64,000 bases of DNA. Origin: the human T2T-CHM13v2.0 reference genome, Homo sapiens. The notes beneath the pieces were generated by a model. The model had not been told where the DNA came from. It saw only the letters and a program-made list of their open reading frames with translations, and searched no databases. The position numbers and the translations under genes are program-made. The stretch lies in the NCBI RefSeq assembly GCF_009914755.1, contig NC_060937.1. One strand, given 5' to 3'. Each line of letters begins with the position of its first letter. Position 1 is the first letter of the stretch. Below are positions 61,120 to 64,000 of this stretch, piece by piece.

Positions 61120-61660
61120 TATCAAAAATATGTGATCTAGTGAAATGCTCACCAGACTTAGAATCAGAAGACATGGACTTGCATTTTGCTCACACATTGC
61201 GCAATCCTGGGAAAACCACTTCACCTCTCTGAGTGAGCTTCTGTCACAAGAAAAAAGGGCTATTTTTTTGTCAATAAGAAGAAATAATGTTTTAAAGTAA
61301 CCTGCACAACACAAGTGCTATGCAAATGTAAATATCTTATTTTACTTTACTTATTCACTTTTCACTTACTGCCAGAAACTTAGAAATTTATAAAAAACAG
61401 AATGCTAAAATGAATACAATAATCATGGTATCCTCTAGTTCCTGAACATTCACTATATGCAAGTCCTACATGCTTTATAGGCATTGCTCCCATAATAATC
61501 TTCAGGAGCAGGTACTAGTTTTATTACAATTTCCCAGATAATAAAAATGAGACTTAGAGAAGAAATGAAAAGGTCATACAGCAATGGTAAAGCCAGAGTA
61601 TAAACCCACATGTGTCCTGCTCCAAAAATTTAGCTCTTAAGAATATATTATGTTGCCTTT
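61120..61660. mobile_element. Two MIRs: + at about 61120-61340, - at about 61430-61660
   Basis: cacttcacctctctgag and aaaatgagacttagaga cores. Confidence 0.6.
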
Positions 61661-62340
61661 CAGAAGTCAAATAGAAAAATCAAAGTAAGGCAGTTATTCA
61701 GAGAAACTGGTGCCAGATATGAAGTTATAGAAAATTTCACGACATAGAGTCCTATATACTTGCTATCAGCAAGGTATAAACTAGGCTCTGAATTTTACAC
61801 AGGAAGAAAAATATGATCAGCAACACAATATACAGTGCCAAGATAAAGTCAAGGTGCTACAGAAAAATAGTTATTCTAATAACACTTGGAAGAAATATCT
61901 TCCAAGGGTTCTCACCATGTTCAATATAATATACTTCTTTCTCAGCAATATCTTCAACTTAAATACAATGAGGCCTATCAGATAATATAATATTATTATC
62001 ATTGTATATGTACCAGGATGTTAAAATTAGCTTTAACCAAGAAATACAGTAGCTGAGAATGTCGAAAGCTAGATTGCACATGCACACATATTCCACCACT
62101 TTGAAATCTCAGCTAGATCAGTCATATAGCTTGGCAGAATGAAGAACAGGAGGATTTGTGCAGTTGTGTCTTCAGAGTATCTGTTGTAATGCTGAGTCCC
62201 ATCTCCACCCCAGGGGGTTGCTGGGTTGCTGGCAGGTGTTAAGGGAATGTCATCTTCCTTAACTTAAGCCTAGTGAGAAGTTAGTGTTTTGTGTAAACAG
62301 ATACATGCTTATCCAGTTTTGTTCTTTGTCCTGGCTTTTT

Positions 62341-62615
62341 TAATTTTATTTTTTCTGAGACAGAGTCTCACTCTGTCACCCAGGCTGGAGTGCAGTGGCG
62401 CAATCTCAGCTCACTGCAAGCTCCTCCTACCTCAGCCTCCCGAGTAGCTGGGACTACAGGTGCCCGCCACCATGCCCGGCTAATTTTTTGTATTTTTAGT
62501 AGAGACAGCGTTTCACCGTGTCAGCTGGGATGGTCTGGATCTCCTGACCTCGTGATCTGCCTGCCTCGGCCTCCCAAAGTGCTGGGATTACAGGCGTGAG
62601 CCACCACGCCCGGCC
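62341..62615 (-). mobile_element. AluY with internal deletion of about 22 bp
   Basis: Y diagnostics; TSD tgtcctggcttttt at 62327-62340 and 62616-62629. Confidence 0.94.
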
Positions 62616-63659
62616 TGTCCTGGCTTTTTCCCTCTGGCAATTTGATCTGGAGCCTAGGGAAGAGGAATTGCTTTTGTTCGACTTCACTGACATGACAGTT
62701 TGAAACAGAGAAATGATAGTGAAAGAGGATGAGAATAAAACCAGCCACTTCAAGGAATGGCATCCTGGGAGCCAAGGGCTCCAAAAGTCACCACCAGGAA
62801 TTAAAGAGAAGTGTACTGACATCCAACCACAGTAGTGTAAGCAGTTCTTGACCTGAAGGTCTATCTGGTCATCACCAAGAGTCCAAGAAGAGAAAGATGT
62901 CATTGGTGATCTGGAAAACTAGCTCCCCTTCCTGGACTGTCTCTTTTAGAATTGGGTGTCTGCTTCTTCCTTTCCAGGTTGTAGAACCATGTTCTTCATT
63001 CTTCCTCCACTTACTCAAACTAGCCATCTTCATTATTTTGACTTTTCTAATGTTTGGTAATTGGATTGGTTGGCTGTTCTATCTCCATTAAAGTCTGCCT
63101 TACAGCAGAACCTTCACATAGGGCCAAATGAGAACTAAGAGCTCTTATAAAGAAGCACTTTAACACTCATTAATTTTGTCTCAAGTCTTCTGCTCTATTT
63201 GCTGAGTTAGAATAGCCTGCCATTTGTGGAAGGTGCTGGCTGTCTGTTATCCAGGGCCCTGGCTAGGCATCATGACAGAGCTTATTGTTAAATCCTTCAC
63301 TTTGACTTAATGGAGCTTTTGTGCATACAACATGTGCCTGATATTTCAGAGAAACTCTCATTCTTTTTCTCCCATAACCTAGAGATTAATGTGGACACTG
63401 AATATTCTGTCCACCTACTGATTTCTCTCTAGTCTTATTTTTTGCTGCTTATGAAAAACAAAGGCCATCATTGTTCAAATGGCCCTACTCATTTCCTACA
63501 AGTCTTTGTTTCCTACGATTCACAGGAAATTAAGATTATTATGAAGGTAGATTTTCATTCCTTACCCAGGGCCATCCACACATCAGCACTGAGGATTAAC
63601 CTAATACCATTGTTCTCCCTGTCTGAACATCAATAATCTTTTTTTTTCCCCCTTCCCAG

Positions 63660-63771
63660 AAGTGGAGGACCGAACTAAGCCATTGAAAAGAGTTCTGATG
63701 CAGTTTAAAAAACCTCTCTGCAGGGCACCTGTGGGCAGCCCTCTGTTGCATGGTCAATGGGTTCTGGGTAG
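63660..63771 (+). ncRNA. Candidate internal exon
   Basis: Strong acceptor tcttttttttttccccccttcccag; tandem GTAGGT donors at 63768 and 63772. Confidence 0.35.
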
Positions 63772-64000
63772 GTAGGTTTTCTTACAGCTCAGCCTGGGGC
63801 AGAAATTTCCAATTTTCTAACTTCTTAGTTTCTGTTTGTTCATACAAATGCTTTGTAAAGCATGCCATTTATACAATGTTTTTAACTTTTCAAAAATGGC
63901 TAATTACATGATCATATGTTAGCATAATTCTTGTGGGATAGAAAGGAAAAACCATCAAGATTGGAAGAGTCAGACCACAGAAGACTGTCTTGCCTACATT

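Noticed and set aside
62496-62903. 135-aa minus-strand ORF
   Set aside because: Runs into an Alu; no recognisable homology

Overview
Primate (human-like) gene-poor DNA dominated by interspersed repeats: about 17 Alu copies or fragments, many L1s (one young 4-kb L1PA2-like copy, the rest old L1P/L1M), MaLR/ERVL/ERV1 LTRs, L2, MIR and MER DNA transposons. There is no conventional protein-coding gene; the only long ORFs are disabled L1 ORF2. A + strand terminal exon at 53406 (ending RKMELKRENNSNKDQNK*, AATAAA at 53537) resembles, from memory only, the 3' exon of the 8q24.21 lncRNA CCDC26. The minus-strand bias of upstream L1s fits a large + strand intron. I found no convincing new multi-gene system. 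The best oddities are a tailless half-tRNA-Val retropseudogene with TSDs, a possible AluJ+monomer co-retrotransposed unit, a split poly(A) tail on the young L1, and a CpG-retaining candidate enhancer with a CREB3/XBP1 motif. Subfamily calls were made by eye against remembered consensus sequences, and boundaries of old elements are approximate.
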